Below the pieces are notes generated by a model. The model saw only the letters and a list, made by a program, of their open reading frames with translations, made no database searches and was not told the DNA's origin. From contig OX597815.1 of the NCBI GenBank assembly GCA_951406725.2, positions 101,494,001 through 101,558,000 on the forward strand: a stretch of 64,000 bases of DNA. The letters are read 5' to 3'. Below, piece by piece: positions 25,897 through 40,631 of the stretch (position 1 is its first letter; every line of letters starts with the position of its first letter). This DNA is from Octopus vulgaris (Eukaryota). Made by a program: the position numbers and the translations under genes.

Positions 25897-26950
25897 TATT
25901 ATCTCTGAACGAATATCACAGTTAATTTGACTTTGCACTATATATCTGCATTATGTATGTTACATAGATTGCTATTAATATGATGTTTATTTTCATCTTT
26001 CTACTAATGTAATCTAAATGTTATGCTCACTACAGTGGGTGCGTTATGTATATGTGTTCATCTAGTCAAATATCTTGAAGTACTTTTGATTGTAAATACC
26101 AACGATTACTTATTTCCAGAACACTATACATGGATTCAGATAGGTAGTTATGTGCTGAATGAAGCATGCAAAGAAAAAAAAAAAGAAAACTTAATGAATT
26201 GAAATTTGCCAATTATAAGAGAATGGAAACAAAAATTTAGTTCAATTTTTAGCAGCTCTGTAAGAGCAAGGGAGATAATTTTAAGACATTCAGGCTTAAT
26301 TTTACGGAAAATTTAATTTTTAATGTTGTGGTCTTACTAGACTACATTGAAGTAAAGTCTTGTCCAACCTATCCTGTTTTCATTAGTGGACATAAATTTT
26401 TAGATATAGAAAGAGAGAGAGAGGAAGATTTATACTCAGTATAATTCGATGCATTTCCCTTTTTAATTCCATGTAGATGTTCTCCACCTTTGCAGCTTGC
26501 GACAAGTTATTTCCTTTTGTTAGGTATCTAATCTCAACACATTGAATGTCATTTATTTCCTGTCTCTGAGAATAATCTCAGATCCATTGAACAGATTCGT
26601 TTATCCGAATGTTGCAATAATATTCTTTATTCTACTAGTATTCCTTGTCGTTGCCTCTTTGAAAATAATTCACATCACTGTCAGTATATAGGTACATTTA
26701 TTGCGTTATCTTTTCTACGAATTACATTATATGTGGACTGAAATAGTGGCGGAGTGTCAGAAACAATACAACATTAGATTAAATATCTTGTAGCATTCAC
26801 TTACGTCCTTTTATGATCCGAATTCAAACCCCGCTGGTCACTAATTGACAAGGCTCTTACAGCTTAAAAAGACCATCTTCACATAAACGTACGCATATAC
26901 GCATACCCACGCTGTGTGAGTGTGCGTGTGTTGTGTGTGTGTATGTGAGT

Positions 26951-26996
<46 letters not shown>

Positions 26997-27044
26997 TATA
27001 CGTGTGTGTGTGAGTGTATGTATGCGTGTGAATTGTATGTGTGA

Positions 27045-27095
<51 letters not shown>

Positions 27096-28119
27096 TATAC
27101 GTGTGTGTGTGTGTGAATTGTATGTGTAAGTATATATATAGATATATGTGTGTGTATGTAGTGAGTCTCAGCTCAAATAACTTTGTGTATGTTCGTGATC
27201 GTTCGTTATATAATAAACACAAGTCTGAAAGCTGAAGGCATGGTTAAATCGTTAAAAAGTTCGCTTAACACTTATGAGATTCAGAGTTTAATCCCACTGT
27301 TTGGCAGTACATGGAGTGGACACAGGACTTATAAGTGAAATTAGGTTGGTGGAAACTGTGTAGACTTATTGGATGGACTGTAATTGTAGCATAAAGGTTC
27401 AGTTCTGTCATTCTATCACGCTGATTCTAGCTGAAGGTTACAGTTTAGGCACAAGCGCCCGTGGCATAATTAACTGCTTGCACTGTAATAAAAGTTGAAC
27501 TGAAGCTGAGACTTGCAGGTAAAAATTGTCATGCTTATTATACCCCAAGTATTACATTAATAATATACTAGAATACGTGCCGATGGAATGCTCGACTATT
27601 CAGAACATAAGAAGATAAGTAGATAGTTCAATTGATTGGATAACATGAATAACTATCGTTCAAACCGTCGTTTAATCTAAGTCTGTCATATGCACAACGA
27701 CACCGCCTCGGAATTTCTGAAGGTGCTACAATCTCAGGACATACCAATACACCAACAACTGAATCCCGTGAGCTGAGCCTAGGTGCGTTTGTGCATTCAA
27801 CTCCTTGACTTGCCATAGTTATTGTAGAGTATAAGGTCCCACAGCTGTCTTGACTTAAACAATAGACCTTTGTCATTTTGTTATTGACTGGCTTGAATTC
27901 TTCAAAGTAAAAAAGAAGCTTCAGTATATTTAAATGTATACATACATACATACATACATACATACGTACATGCGTACATACGTACATACATACGTACATA
28001 CGTACATATATACATACATATATACATACATACATCTACGTATATACATCGCTGCGAGCATGCATAATAGATATATGATTTGTAGGCAGTTGTCATTGCT
28101 TGTGTCTGCAGCTGGCCAT

Positions 28120-28450
28120 TCCCTATTCTATGGAGGAATATCTAGATGACCTCCTCTTCCAGTACTTTCCTTTTTCATAGAATCCAGCTCGGCTAATTTC
28201 TCCCGTACTGTCATTGTTCTTTTGGATAACTCGGAGAGCTGTGTCAGGACAGGCTGCATCTGTGGTTGTTATTCCCGCTCAGGACCACCTATTTTCCGCG
28301 TCTTGATGACCAGGCGGCTGAATTTGTAGCCCTTTCACGTCTCGCCTCCCCACTGCAATGTCAGAGTGAAATGGGAGGTGAACTATTAAAGTTCCCTTAC
28401 TCCGATATATTGAGGTCCAGGATAGGGAACGTCTGCAGAAACTATTGTTC
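28120..28450 (-). mobile_element. Possible very decayed RTE 3' fragment
   Basis: Weak resemblance of minus-strand peptides to the RTE post-RT region; no clean frame. Confidence 0.3.
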
Positions 28451-28583
28451 TCTGTTTACATTCTCTTGTTGTCCCCTCTTCTAGTATTGTTATTGTGTTT
28501 TTCATTGTTGTTGTTGCTCATAATATCTACATGAATGAGGTGCCGTTAAACATTGATAAATCTATATTTAATATAGTAGAGCG

Positions 28584-28665
<82 letters not shown>

Positions 28666-28676
28666 TTGTGTGTGTG

Positions 28677-28734
<58 letters not shown>

Positions 28735-28747
28735 TATACATATATAT

Positions 28748-28962
28748 ATTTCTTTATTATCCACAAGGGGCTAAGCATAGAGGGGACAAACAAGGACAGA
28801 CAAATGGATTAAGTCGATTACATCAACCCCGGTGCGTAACTGGTACTTAATTTATCGACCCCCGAAAGGATGAAAGGCAAAGTCGACCTCGGCGGAATTT
28901 GAACCCAGACGAAATACGACTACGCATTTCGCCCGGCGTGCTAACGTTTCTTCCAGCTCGCC
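28748..28962 (-). mobile_element. SINE family B with tail type 2, inserted in (TA)n
   Basis: tttctttattatccacaaggggctaagcatagaggggac...ccagctcgcc. Confidence 0.9.
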
Positions 28963-29369
28963 TTATATATATGCATACACACACACATACATGTCTGTGT
29001 ATGTGTGTGTGTGTTTGTGTGGTGTGAAGTGTGCATGTATTACAGCGAATTATTCCTCCTGTAAGTCACTAAATCACCAGTTTGTGAATGTATGAGATAT
29101 TAAATTCTTTAGGTATTTTGTGTATGTTCCCGTTCTTCAGCTCTGACCGAATTAATAACTTCGCTTCGTAATCTTGAAATTCCTGGTTTAATACTACTGC
29201 CTGGGATCTTGAGCAAGTATTTTTTTATCAGAGCCTCGTGTCACTAAGGCTTGTGATTGAAATTGTATAAGAGAAAACTGTAGAAGTCGTCGGATGGATT
29301 GCATTTGTAATTCAAAGGTCCGACATTGTCGTATAGTGTAACATTGACTCAACTTGAGAAAGCCAAGTA

Positions 29370-29512
29370 CAAGTGTCTGTGTGGTAAGATGATTGCTTCC
29401 CAACCACATGGTTCCAGGTTCAATGCTATGGCGTGGCAGCTTGGGCAAGTGTCTTCCGCTATAGCCACGAATCAACGAAAGCCTTGTGAGTGGATTTGAC
29501 AGACGGAAATCA
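29370..29512 (+). mobile_element. SINE family A, 5' half (3' remnant at ~30215-30390)
   Basis: gtggtaagatgattgcttcccaaccacatggttccaggttc...ttgggcaagtgtcttc. Confidence 0.8.
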
Positions 29513-29577
29513 TATGTATACACACACACACCACACAGATACAGAGACAGAAACAGACACAGACACACACAGACACA

Positions 29578-29636
<59 letters not shown>

Positions 29637-29654
29637 ACGTATGTATGGCTCTCC

Positions 29655-29940
29655 GTCAGTTACGACGACGTGGGTTCCATCTCATACCGAACTGCCTGCC
29701 TGTGAAATTAATGTGCAAGTGGTCGAATACTTCACAGACACGCGTACCCTTAACGTAATTCTCAGAGAAATTTAGCGGGACACAGGTGAAGTACAGGTAC
29801 TACTCATTTTTGCCAGCCGAGTGGACTGGAGCAACGTGAAATAAAGTGTCTTGCTCAAAGACGCAACGCGTCGCCAAGAATTGAATTTACGACCTTACGA
29901 TCGGGAGCCGAATACTCAAACCGCTAGGCCACGCGCCTTC
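29655..29940 (-). mobile_element. SINE family C
   Basis: Reverse complement of 9199-9515 (gtacccttaacgt..., ggactggagcaacgtgaaataaagtgtcttgctcaa). Confidence 0.85.
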
Positions 29941-30001
29941 ACACGCAGGCGCACATACACACACGCACGCACACACACACACACACATATACATATACAT
30001 G

Positions 30002-30124
<123 letters not shown>

Positions 30125-31129
30125 CTATATTATTCATAAACAAGAATGCTTTTGATAGTGACGTCGAAGTTTCGGCCATGAAAGTCATAAAAGCCATCGG
30201 CCAGCTAAGCTATATCTATGTGTGTGTGTTTGTGCTGGTTCTCCACCGCCGCTCGACAACCGGTGTCGGCAACAAGAGAGCGATAGAATAATTTCTTGCT
30301 TTCGGGGGTTTATTTTTTTCGGCTAAAACCCTTCGAGGCGATGTTCCAACAAGACTGCAGTCCAATGACTGAGACAAGTGAAAGACAAAAGACGAATGAT
30401 GTACTTCATTTGATTGAACAACTTCATGTTCCCCGATAGAACTAAAATGTTACATTTGCTTTGTTATCGTGTTTTAAACACTCCTTTCAATCACCATAGA
30501 AATCTTCTGCCAGCTTTTGAGACAATATCTTTTGACAAGTGGATCTTTAATGCATCATGGACAGGGGTCACAGCCAACCAGTTACTTTGTCTTATATAGG
30601 ACTTTGAGGCTATTTCAGTATTTAATAAACGAAATTTTTAAAGAGAAAAATATAATTTTTTTTTCAATAAATGATTAACGTATTGTTGTGATTGTTAAGT
30701 GATGAAGTCATTACTATTTCAACATATTGTCACGTTCAAGGATGTTAACAGTAAATTATTTATTTTGACAAGCGACATTCAATATCATGGTGAAACTATT
30801 TCGTTATTGTCATTTTTCTTATTCAGAGTAAAATGACCAGCTTTGCGCATTATCCTGCATTATAACAGTGTCGTATTTCTTCGTATTTTCTTTCTTTCTT
30901 TCTTTCTTTCTGTACATAGATGTGTGTGTGTTTGTATGTTCGCGCGCGCGCGTATTTTTAAACTTTTTTATTCTTTTACTCGTTTCAGCCATGCTGTTGC
31001 AGTGTTGCTGGAGTACTACCGTGGTATTTTTGAGTTACTCAGTCTGGGGCTTTCACATCACCATTCCCGTATGTGCTTTTGTCTCAGCTGTTGGCCCATT
31101 TGATATATAAGGGGGTGTGATTCCTCTGC

Positions 31130-32190
31130 CCTCGTCGGCACCTCACGACAGGCTGTTGATTCATCCTATATTGTAGAGAGGAAGATGTGTAGTTCTTTTA
31201 TGAAGGCATCTTCTACTTATGCAGATTTTAAAATTTTTGTGGCAGGGCATTGAAGAGCTGTGGGCCTTTGAACCCTAGATTTTGCAGAGTGGATGGTACT
31301 TTTGGTACAATATAATGGCGGCCAGTTATGGCATTTGTATAACACTCAGTGCCAAAATTAGGTACAAGCCCTTCTACAGTTTTCTGTATGTAGATTACTG
31401 CATATCTCACAAGCCTTCGCTTTAGGGAGTAAAGTTGAAATTTCCTCAACCTATCAATGTAGCTCATCCGCAGCACTGTTTCAATTTTTTTAGTGTAGTG
31501 GCGCTGGACTGCTTCAAGCTCCGCTGTTAGTTTGGTACTATATGGTGACCATAACTGGGAGCAGTAGTCCAGGTGGCTAAGAACAAAGGTTCACAACAGG
31601 GTCAATATAGTTTCTTGGTCTCTTGTCTTGAAGGACCTCAGTATCCATCCTGCCAGTTGTCTGCACTTTGCTGCCATCTTGGTAATGTGCATATACAATG
31701 ATGCGTCATTGCACATACTGATCCCCAAGTTTTACACTAACTGTGATTCTGGGATTGTAGTGCCTTCGGGTCCTGTATATGCAGGCTATAGTGCATTCGT
31801 GAGTTGATAGTGCAGTGCTTGAAATTTTCCCCGCATTAAACTGCATGTTGTTTATTTCGGCCCACTTGTATATCGAATTCAGGTCCCGCTGTAAGCCTGT
31901 GACGTCATCTTGGTTTTTTTTTATTACCTGTGATAATTTTGTATCACCGGCACAGCTAGTAACAGTGACTGTCTGAGTGACCGTGGGCATGTCTAAGAGG
32001 GCTATTATGAATAGTAATCACCTCAGAACAGTTCCATGGAGGACGCCACTTAGGATTTTAGTTTCCCCAGAAAAGGCACCATTGACTGCAACTACCTAAC
32101 TTCTTTAAGGAAGTCAAGCAATCACTCCACTCTCCTAGTTTATCGGCAATGCCAATGTCTCAGATTATGACATATGCCATGATCTACCCG
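31130..32190 (-). mobile_element. CR1/L2/Jockey-group LINE, decayed RT and 3' region
   Basis: Minus strand GV-HGTVL..., SCAGDTKL (YADD motif), LQRDLNSIYKWAEINNMQFNAGK, LDYCSQLWSPY, LEAVQR, LYSLKRR. Confidence 0.9.
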
Positions 32191-32368
32191 ATCGTTGGTG
32201 ATCTACTTCTAGCATACGGCTGACCACTTAGTGTTTTTTTTTAGCCCTTATATATACACATGTATTAGAATTTTCTCTGATTTTTCAGATTTTTGTATGC
32301 TAGGCTACTGGTTTTAAATTGATATTAATTAAATTAATATTCAATTTATCTCCCTCCTTATTTAAAAG

Positions 32369-32415
<47 letters not shown>

Positions 32416-32603
32416 CATACATGCAAACAGTTGCAACAGTGAAGGCTCATTACGTCATTTTCTCTAAACTTGAATGTTTACTTTTCACGTTTATGTTTGA
32501 ATATTTTACGTTTCAATAATTTTCTGTTTTTACTCATTCTCGAATATGGTGGACATATAGCGGTACGTAAGCTGACTCAAGAAATCTCTAGTGAGGCTTT
32601 TTA

Positions 32604-32654
32604 TTGATGTACCCGAAGAGACCCACAACGGGTCGAAACATGTGTTGTACCCAA
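32604..32654 (+). ncRNA. Degenerate hammerhead ribozyme motif
   Basis: gtac CCGAAGA gaccc-acaac-gggtc GAAA catgtg TT gtac. Perfect 5-bp stem II, U4C core change. Confidence 0.6.
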
Positions 32655-32831
32655 AAAAGTCTATTACACATTCCATCTCCTATTTTATTAATATTGTTAC
32701 CCTAACCGCCGCTACGAAGTTCCTGCAATAAATCTACAGATAACAACAGGTAATCGAAACTGTGTCGGTGCTTTACTCATCATCTATTAATACATTTTGT
32801 ATAGTTTCTCCAATGTTGTTGCTATTATTAT

Positions 32832-32871
<40 letters not shown>

Positions 32872-33149
32872 ATACATATACACATACATACATGCATTCA
32901 CACACACACACACACACACACAAGCATATATATATAAGCTTATGAACTCTTTGAAACAAGACGAAACATGTCATCATAAAATTCATTTTTCATTAAACTG
33001 CTGGAAAAAACACATAATTTATTTTAGAAATTGTATTTTTTCTTCTTATTTTTCTGACTGCGAGTACATACACATAAATTTTCTTTATAAGATAGTCATA
33101 GGAAGAGAAGAAACAGCCAATAATTTTTCATGCTTTCTCAGACATGTCT

Positions 33150-33490
33150 GGGTGAACGTCTTGTTGCTTGATGGCTTTGAGGAAAAACATGTGGAATTGT
33201 AGAAGGCTTCTGTTCTGGGGATTAAAGTGTTCAGTTTCGTACCTAGAGAAGTAGGCATATTAAGGGTGGCGAGGAAGTAGGGTAGGAGGAGTGGAGATGT
33301 CGATCGAACAGGTCTTTGAGAGTAAGTACTGTTTTAGAGAAGGAAAAGCCGTTGTAATGTCATTTGAAGAGGTAGCGGAAAGAAAGAAAATAGTATGTTG
33401 AGTGTAGGTGACTGATACTTTGCTAATTAGACAAATTGGTATATTTTGGATTAGATCCTAGGTGTTTATGTGCAGAGCCGGCGCTGGCAA
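33150..33490 (-). mobile_element. Old CR1/Jockey-like LINE 3' fragment
   Basis: Minus-strand remnants HYNG and LIPRTEAFYN..HVFP resemble the YYNG...SFFPRT..WN..P..VFP C-terminus. Confidence 0.45.
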
Positions 33491-33887
33491 GTGCGGGACC
33501 CAATTAGAGAATTATGCCGACGTAATCTGGTAGTGTTCAGAAGGCCGCACACAATGGCCTCGAAGGCCCACTTCTAATCTAGACTTTACTACTATACTAT
33601 CTATTCTATACTGATTATATTATATTCAGTATATTTACTAACATACTATCAATGCTATACTGATTATATTATCTAGAAATTTTCATCAGATCTTGCCGTA
33701 CTGTCTTAATAGAAAAGAGATATTGTGGTCTCATGATATATAAAATGTTAGTGTGGTCATAGTTGGAACGTCTTTGATCATAGTCCTTCTCTGTCAATAG
33801 AATCCTATGGTTAAACTATTACACTACTACTCTGTCTACGCATGTCAGTGTATGTGGTATATATGTACTTGAGTATGCTTGTGCAGA

Positions 33888-33959
<72 letters not shown>

Positions 33960-33980
33960 ATATATATGTATATATATATG

Positions 33981-34012
<32 letters not shown>

Positions 34013-34279
34013 TGTATATATATAGATATACATATACATATATATATATATACATATATATAATTTATATATATATATGTACGTGTGATTATGTGCGTAC
34101 ATAAAATTTATAGGTATATTAAATCTAAGTATGTTTATGTAGGTGCGCATGTATACATATTCTCGCACACGTCTCTACAGTTTCATTAACTAAAGTTATT
34201 TATCTTTTACTGAGGTTTGAAGATCTAGTAATTTCATTACTACTTATGCTTCATGAATATACACACACACACACACACG

Positions 34280-34342
<63 letters not shown>

Positions 34343-34371
34343 TTCATGAATACATATCCGTTTGTGCATGC

Positions 34372-34413
<42 letters not shown>

Positions 34414-34904
34414 TAGCAGCAGCAGCAGTAGCTGCATTGTCGTAGTCGTTTAGTCACAGGTCTGTCCTGATCGTGCAGTCATATGTACAGCCCTAAGACA
34501 TCGTAGATCAAGATCATCCACTGGTATTCTTATCCTTTGGAATATGTGTGTACTTATGCGTGTGTGGTGTGTGTGTGTCTGTATGCATATGAATGCGTGT
34601 ATGCATGTGAATATATGTGCAACTGTGTGTGTGCGCGTATCTATGCGTGCATGTGTGTATAGGCGTGTTTGTGCTAGTGTTTATGTCTTTGTGTGATTTA
34701 TATGTGCAAATATGCCCAGCACGTTCGTATAGTTATATCTGTCTAATTATATGAATATATTGAAGACTATGCATATGTCTGTGTGGTCATGTATGTAGTA
34801 CTTCTTGTTGTGAAATATTCATACGTTTAAGGTCGTATACGTATCTGCGGTATGTGTATGTAATTATGGTTATGTATGTGTTTATGGCGGATGTGCATAT
34901 CTTT

Positions 34905-35043
34905 ATTTTGCCAGTTGGCTCAGTGGATTGGAGCAACGTGAAATTAGATGACTTGCTCAAAGACGTGACCCGCCGCCGAGAATCGAGTGCATGACCTTAC
35001 GATCACGAGCCGAGAACCCTAACCACTAAGCCACGTGTCTTCA
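34905..35043 (-). mobile_element. SINE family C, 5' part
   Basis: ggagcaacgtgaaa...gaccttacgatcacgagccg...aaccactaagccacg. Confidence 0.8.
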
Positions 35044-35093
35044 CTATATATATATATATATATATGCGCATATATATATATGTACATATATAC

Positions 35094-35191
<98 letters not shown>

Positions 35192-35362
35192 ATACACATA
35201 TGTATGCACGCATGTATGTGTGTGTGTGTGTATTTTACGTGTGTGCTTATCCCCCACCACCGCTTGACAACCGGTGTTGGCATGTATAAGACTCCGTAAC
35301 TTAACCGTTCAGCTAATGAAACCGATAGAATAAATACTTGATTTTATAAAAATAAGGGCCGG

Positions 35363-35488
<126 letters not shown>

Positions 35489-35695
35489 GTGTGTGTGCGC
35501 GTATGTGCGTGTGTCTGTGTAATATATATATATATATATATATATACTCACACATGCATATCTTGATACACACACAATCACACACATACGTATATATGCG
35601 TTAGTTTACGTATTAACATTTCGCTAACGTGATTTATGGTAAAAATATATATACTGGCAGACAAAATTAATCAAACCATCAATCGTTTGAGCAGA

Positions 35696-35744
35696 CACTA
35701 CTGACAATGCTTACGAAATAGTCGAAACCCGGCTTAGTCTAGTG
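35696..35744 (+). ncRNA. Degenerate hammerhead ribozyme motif
   Basis: cacta CTGACAA tgcttacgaaatagtc GAAA cccggcttag TC tagtg. Perfect stem I, G8A change, weak stems II and III. Confidence 0.5.
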
Positions 35745-36078
35745 ATTCTAGAGACGGTAGTGGGGCAGTTAATTCACCTCTCAGTGTATATATATTGCAC
35801 TCTTCTTACAAGACTCTTATATCTAGCAATGGTGGTGCTTCACACCCTTAGTCACACTTAGTGACAATTAAATTTTTCTTTATGGTATTACATTTATATA
35901 AAATTTTTGCGTGCACACACACATACATACAGGCATGTACATGTATGTGTGTGTATATATATATATATATATAAGCTGCGATGGACTGGCGTCCCGTCCA
36001 CCTGGGGAGAACACATACGCCTCAGAAACCGGGAAACCGGGCCCATGAGCCTGGCTAGGCTTGAAAAGGGCGAAGGAA

Positions 36079-36129
<51 letters not shown>

Positions 36130-36139
36130 TATTATCTAT

Positions 36140-36852
36140 GTTATCATATGATCGGACGCTACACATCCATTTCCAAGTAAGTTTCGTCTTAATAATTCCG
36201 ATGCGCACTCTACAACCTATCTCCATTCTATCTCCCTCTCTTGTTCTTCTTCCCTTTTGTTCTTCTTCCTTTTTGGTCTTCGCTCTCGCCCTTTCTCTAA
36301 TTCTTCTCCTCTCCCCTTCACCGTTCCTCTCTATCTCTCACTCTTCCTCCTTGACTCACTCGTTGCTCACACGTGACCAACGGCTAGCTATCTCTCTTTC
36401 TACCACTTCCTTCCTAAAGACAAGACGTGCTTTTGCCTATCTCTTCCCAAAGCTCGTTTTTCCAGCGTTCACCACTTCACCTCGTTATGGCTTAACAGCC
36501 CTCGCCGTTTGTTTTTACTGTTTTGTTCTTACTGTCCTGTTTTTGCTACCACTTTAACCCTCTTCATCCCCCCTCCAATTTTATGTAATTTGCTTTGCGG
36601 GAAGAAGTTTTAACGAAGTCCCTACCTTCGATACGCGGAGTAGATAAAACAGAGAACAACTGATGAAGGGACTGTTATATATGTTACCTGTCTCACTTCT
36701 CTGGATCTTTCCTTCTCTTATGTTTCCGACGAAGAGCTCCGCTCCAAACGTTAAACCCTCCTTCTTTCCTTCTTTCCTGAGCGTCCAATAATACTATATT
36801 TGTTCCCCGTCCTCGCGTTGTTGTGTTTTTTTGTGCTCTCTTGTTTGGATTA

Positions 36853-36855
<3 letters not shown>
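36140..36855 (+). mobile_element. Non-coding interspersed element(s) within (TA)n, Penelope-pLTR-like, with decayed hammerhead at 36722-36756
   Basis: Similar to 50165-50620 (cacgtgacc, cagccct.gc.gt, ttgcggga, caactgatga). The 3' part matches 59569-59642. Motif: gttt CCGACGA a gagc-tcc-gctc CAAA cgtt aaac. Confidence 0.6.
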
Positions 36856-36906
<51 letters not shown>

Positions 36907-36915
36907 CGTACGTAC

Positions 36916-36969
<54 letters not shown>

Positions 36970-37249
36970 TGATAGATAGATATAGATATTCAATACAGAA
37001 ATTTCAAATGTAGCATGAAGTTCAATGAATTAATGAGCACATGACCCTTACAGAAAATTGTAGCTTTCACACCAGCTATAGATAAAAGTATAATGCAACT
37101 ACAGATTGTTCAAGTGAGAGTATCTCTGAACTTTCTAACTGCAGTTTTCGGGCATCAGCTTTCACTACACGCACCCACACATATACGTATGCATACATAT
37201 GCACACATATATATGATCATATATATTTACATATGCGCATTATACAAAC

Positions 37250-37250
37250 A

Positions 37251-37343
<93 letters not shown>

Positions 37344-37364
37344 GTCTGTCTGTCTGTCTGTGTG

Positions 37365-37443
<79 letters not shown>

Positions 37444-37559
37444 GTGTGTTTGTCTGTCAGTCTGTCTGTGTGTCTGTCTGTGTGTCTGTCTGTGTGTCCG
37501 TCTGTCTGCCTGTCTGTCTGACTGTCTGTCTGACTGTCTGTCTATCTGTTCTTCCGTCC

Positions 37560-37593
<34 letters not shown>

Positions 37594-37700
37594 ACATGCA
37601 CGCGCACACACGCTCACACACGCTCACACACGCTCACACACGCTCACACACACAAAAGCGTGCTCGCACACACGCACACACACACACACACATACATGCA
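37250..37700. repeat. Compound (TCTA)n/(TCTG)n/(CA)n microsatellite
   Basis: Direct reading. Confidence 0.95.
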
Positions 37701-38160
37701 CACTTGTATTATAGTAGGGTGCGCGAGGTCGCAAAAGCAAAACAAAGCAAAAAAAGAAAAACTTCAAAGAAGGATAAAAAAAAGAACATACTCCCAGGAA
37801 AACGGCACACTGCACACAGATTTAACTAGTTCTATCAGCAAAACAGGCCATTTAACAAAACTACTCTCAGCCCCCAACAAGGACCCCGATGCGGGTACAA
37901 ATGCGACAGCATCCCAGGATCAGGTGACACCTGCCTATACAGACTACAACGTACGCGACATCAGCAACCAGCGAGTTCTTGGCGTCGTGAGGCCTTAACA
38001 GTCCAGAAGGTTTTAAATTGAGAGAGTATATGGGGAAACGTGATTTTCTTGGCCGAACTGCTTGATGTCTTTGTGTACAACACGTCTAAAAGCGGACACC
38101 TCAACTGTAAGAACCCCAACCTATGGGTTTGTTATTAACGATGTTCTGGACTTACTAGGC

Positions 38161-38501
38161 CAGTGGTTCTCAACAGGAGTCCATATGATTCCTTGGGATC
38201 CATGTAAGATTTGGGGTGGTGGGGATCCACGCAAGCGAAACAGTAAATTGGGGATCCACCGTAGTATATTTAATGCGCATGAAAAAATTTTTACTTTCGA
38301 TATATTCATTCCAAGAAAAATCTCGATTTATCTCTCGAACATTGTACATAGTTCAAACTACACAAGTTATTGAGTGAAAAGCAAAATAGGAATTTTGAAA
38401 GAGGTATCTATAAAAGATCAAATGGTTATAGGGATCCACCAGAATAAAATAGTAATCAAAGCGGTCTACAGATAAAAAAAAAAAATGGTTGAGAACCACT
38501 G
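38161..38501. mobile_element. hAT (Charlie/MER5-like) MITE
   Basis: Perfect 14-bp TIRs CAGTGGTTCTCAAC / GTTGAGAACCACTG; 8-bp TSD TACTAGGC / TACTAGAT (6 of 8 match). Confidence 0.88.
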
Positions 38502-38865
38502 TACTAGATAAAATAGGCTGTTGTGATGACATCTGGCCACTAAGAATATTTCTTCTCTGACTAAATACGACTATTTCCCACCAGTGCTTTCTCACAGCTC
38601 TGAATACGAAGGATTACGAGACGTTCGAGAAGCTGGCGATCTCCGAGCCGCTGTAGTCGACGGCTAAATTCACGATTACGATTAAAGTTTCGTATGTCAG
38701 ATTGTAACGAGATTGACGTAATGAGATTGACAAAAACAACTTTAGAGAGCTATGTGTAGCAACATCATGTTAGAATATCTTCTTTTTCTATGGCAAACAA
38801 AAATCTGTCTACAAATATCCGGCGCAGTTTCTCTTTCTCTCTCTCTTTCTCTTATGTAAGTATAT

Positions 38866-38936
<71 letters not shown>

Positions 38937-38940
38937 CTCG

Positions 38941-38978
<38 letters not shown>

Positions 38979-39068
38979 GAATATATATATACATATATAT
39001 ATACACACACACATACACACATGTATATATATATATGTGTGTGTATACGCATATTTATCTACCTTTGA

Positions 39069-39105
<37 letters not shown>

Positions 39106-39203
39106 CATACATACATACATATACATATACATATTAATATATATATATACATGCATACATACATACATACATATATACATACATACACACACACATATCT
39201 ACA

Positions 39204-39328
<125 letters not shown>

Positions 39329-40302
39329 CTCTCTCTATATATATATCACACACACACACAAACACATGTGATCCTGTGTGTGAATGTATTTGTGTGTGTT
39401 TGTATGCGCATGTGTTTACATTAAAACACATGCGTGTCTATTCATGTGTGTACATATACCTGGGTGTTATATGTATGAAAAGACAAGTGGTTGTGTGTGT
39501 ATAATTCCATTCACGACAACAGCCGGCCTATGTGCGATGTGAGACGCAGCTGGCTTCATTCATAAATAACGACGACACCAACAAGAACAACAGCAAGAAG
39601 AAACGAATATAAAATCCATAAAAAGCAACAAATGTACAATTATAAAAATTCCCAAAGAAAGTTGTGAATGTTAGTGAATGAAACTATTGCTTACACATGA
39701 GAACATAATGCGTGGCTGTTGTTCATGCTTTTTGGCCCCAAGTCAGTCAATCCTTATGGAACAGACATATAATCAGAGGCATCCAACCATGACCATTTTG
39801 TCTGTTCAGATGAAATGGTCATGCCTGGAACGACAACTTATATAATGTAGTATTACGTTATCTAAAGGACGTGAGCTGGTAGAATCGTTAACATACCGGG
39901 AAAAATGTTTAGCGGCATTTCGTCCGTTTTACGTTCTGAGTTCAAATTGAATTCCGCCGGTTCCAATTTATCTTTAATCTTCAATTTCGGGGTCAGTAAA
40001 GAGGTATCAGATGCAATCGACTTAACCCCTCCCCAAAATTCGGAAGCTATATTACGTCATCTAATGTGTAATCTTATATGGGAGAGTAGGGTGAGTTTTG
40101 AGGGAGATTAGATTGTTATTTCTTATAGGTAGGGTGACCTATTAGAAAAACTCCTGCGCTTCTCGCAAAGAGTGGCTGTGTTGGTATATGTGCTGATATA
40201 CGCTCATGTAAATACATAACACGAAACATACACATCTGTACATATACATACGTACATACATACATACATACATACATACATACATACATACATACATACA
40301 TA

Positions 40303-40410
40303 CATACCCTGTTGATGCTGAAATTCCAATGAAGGAGCCTTGGATCTATGTTAGAAACCGATTCTTTCTCTATTGGCAAGAAATCTCGAAATAAAGCTGA
40401 ATAATGACAC
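40303..40410 (+). mobile_element. 3' end of the R4/Dong-like element, within (CATA)n
   Basis: Reverse-complement match to 3945-4050, flanked by CATA repeats. A third copy lies at ~42230-42325 (minus). Confidence 0.8.
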
Positions 40411-40457
40411 ATATTTATACATACATACATACATACAAGCCTGCATACGTCCCCGTC

Positions 40458-40521
<64 letters not shown>

Positions 40522-40631
40522 ACATATACATACATACCAACATGCAGTCATACACACACAAACAAACAAACATACATGAATGCACATGCATACTTAAGTT
40601 TAAATGTATGTATGCACGTGTATATGTATAT

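Noticed and set aside
36659-36700. caaCTGATGA motifs at 36660 and 50603, and CTGATGA at 54567
   Set aside because: No downstream stem II plus GAAA could be formed.
37790-38100. GC-richer open frame ending ...NQRVLGVVRP*
   Set aside because: No splice signals or recognisable motif, and the ORF start lies in a microsatellite.
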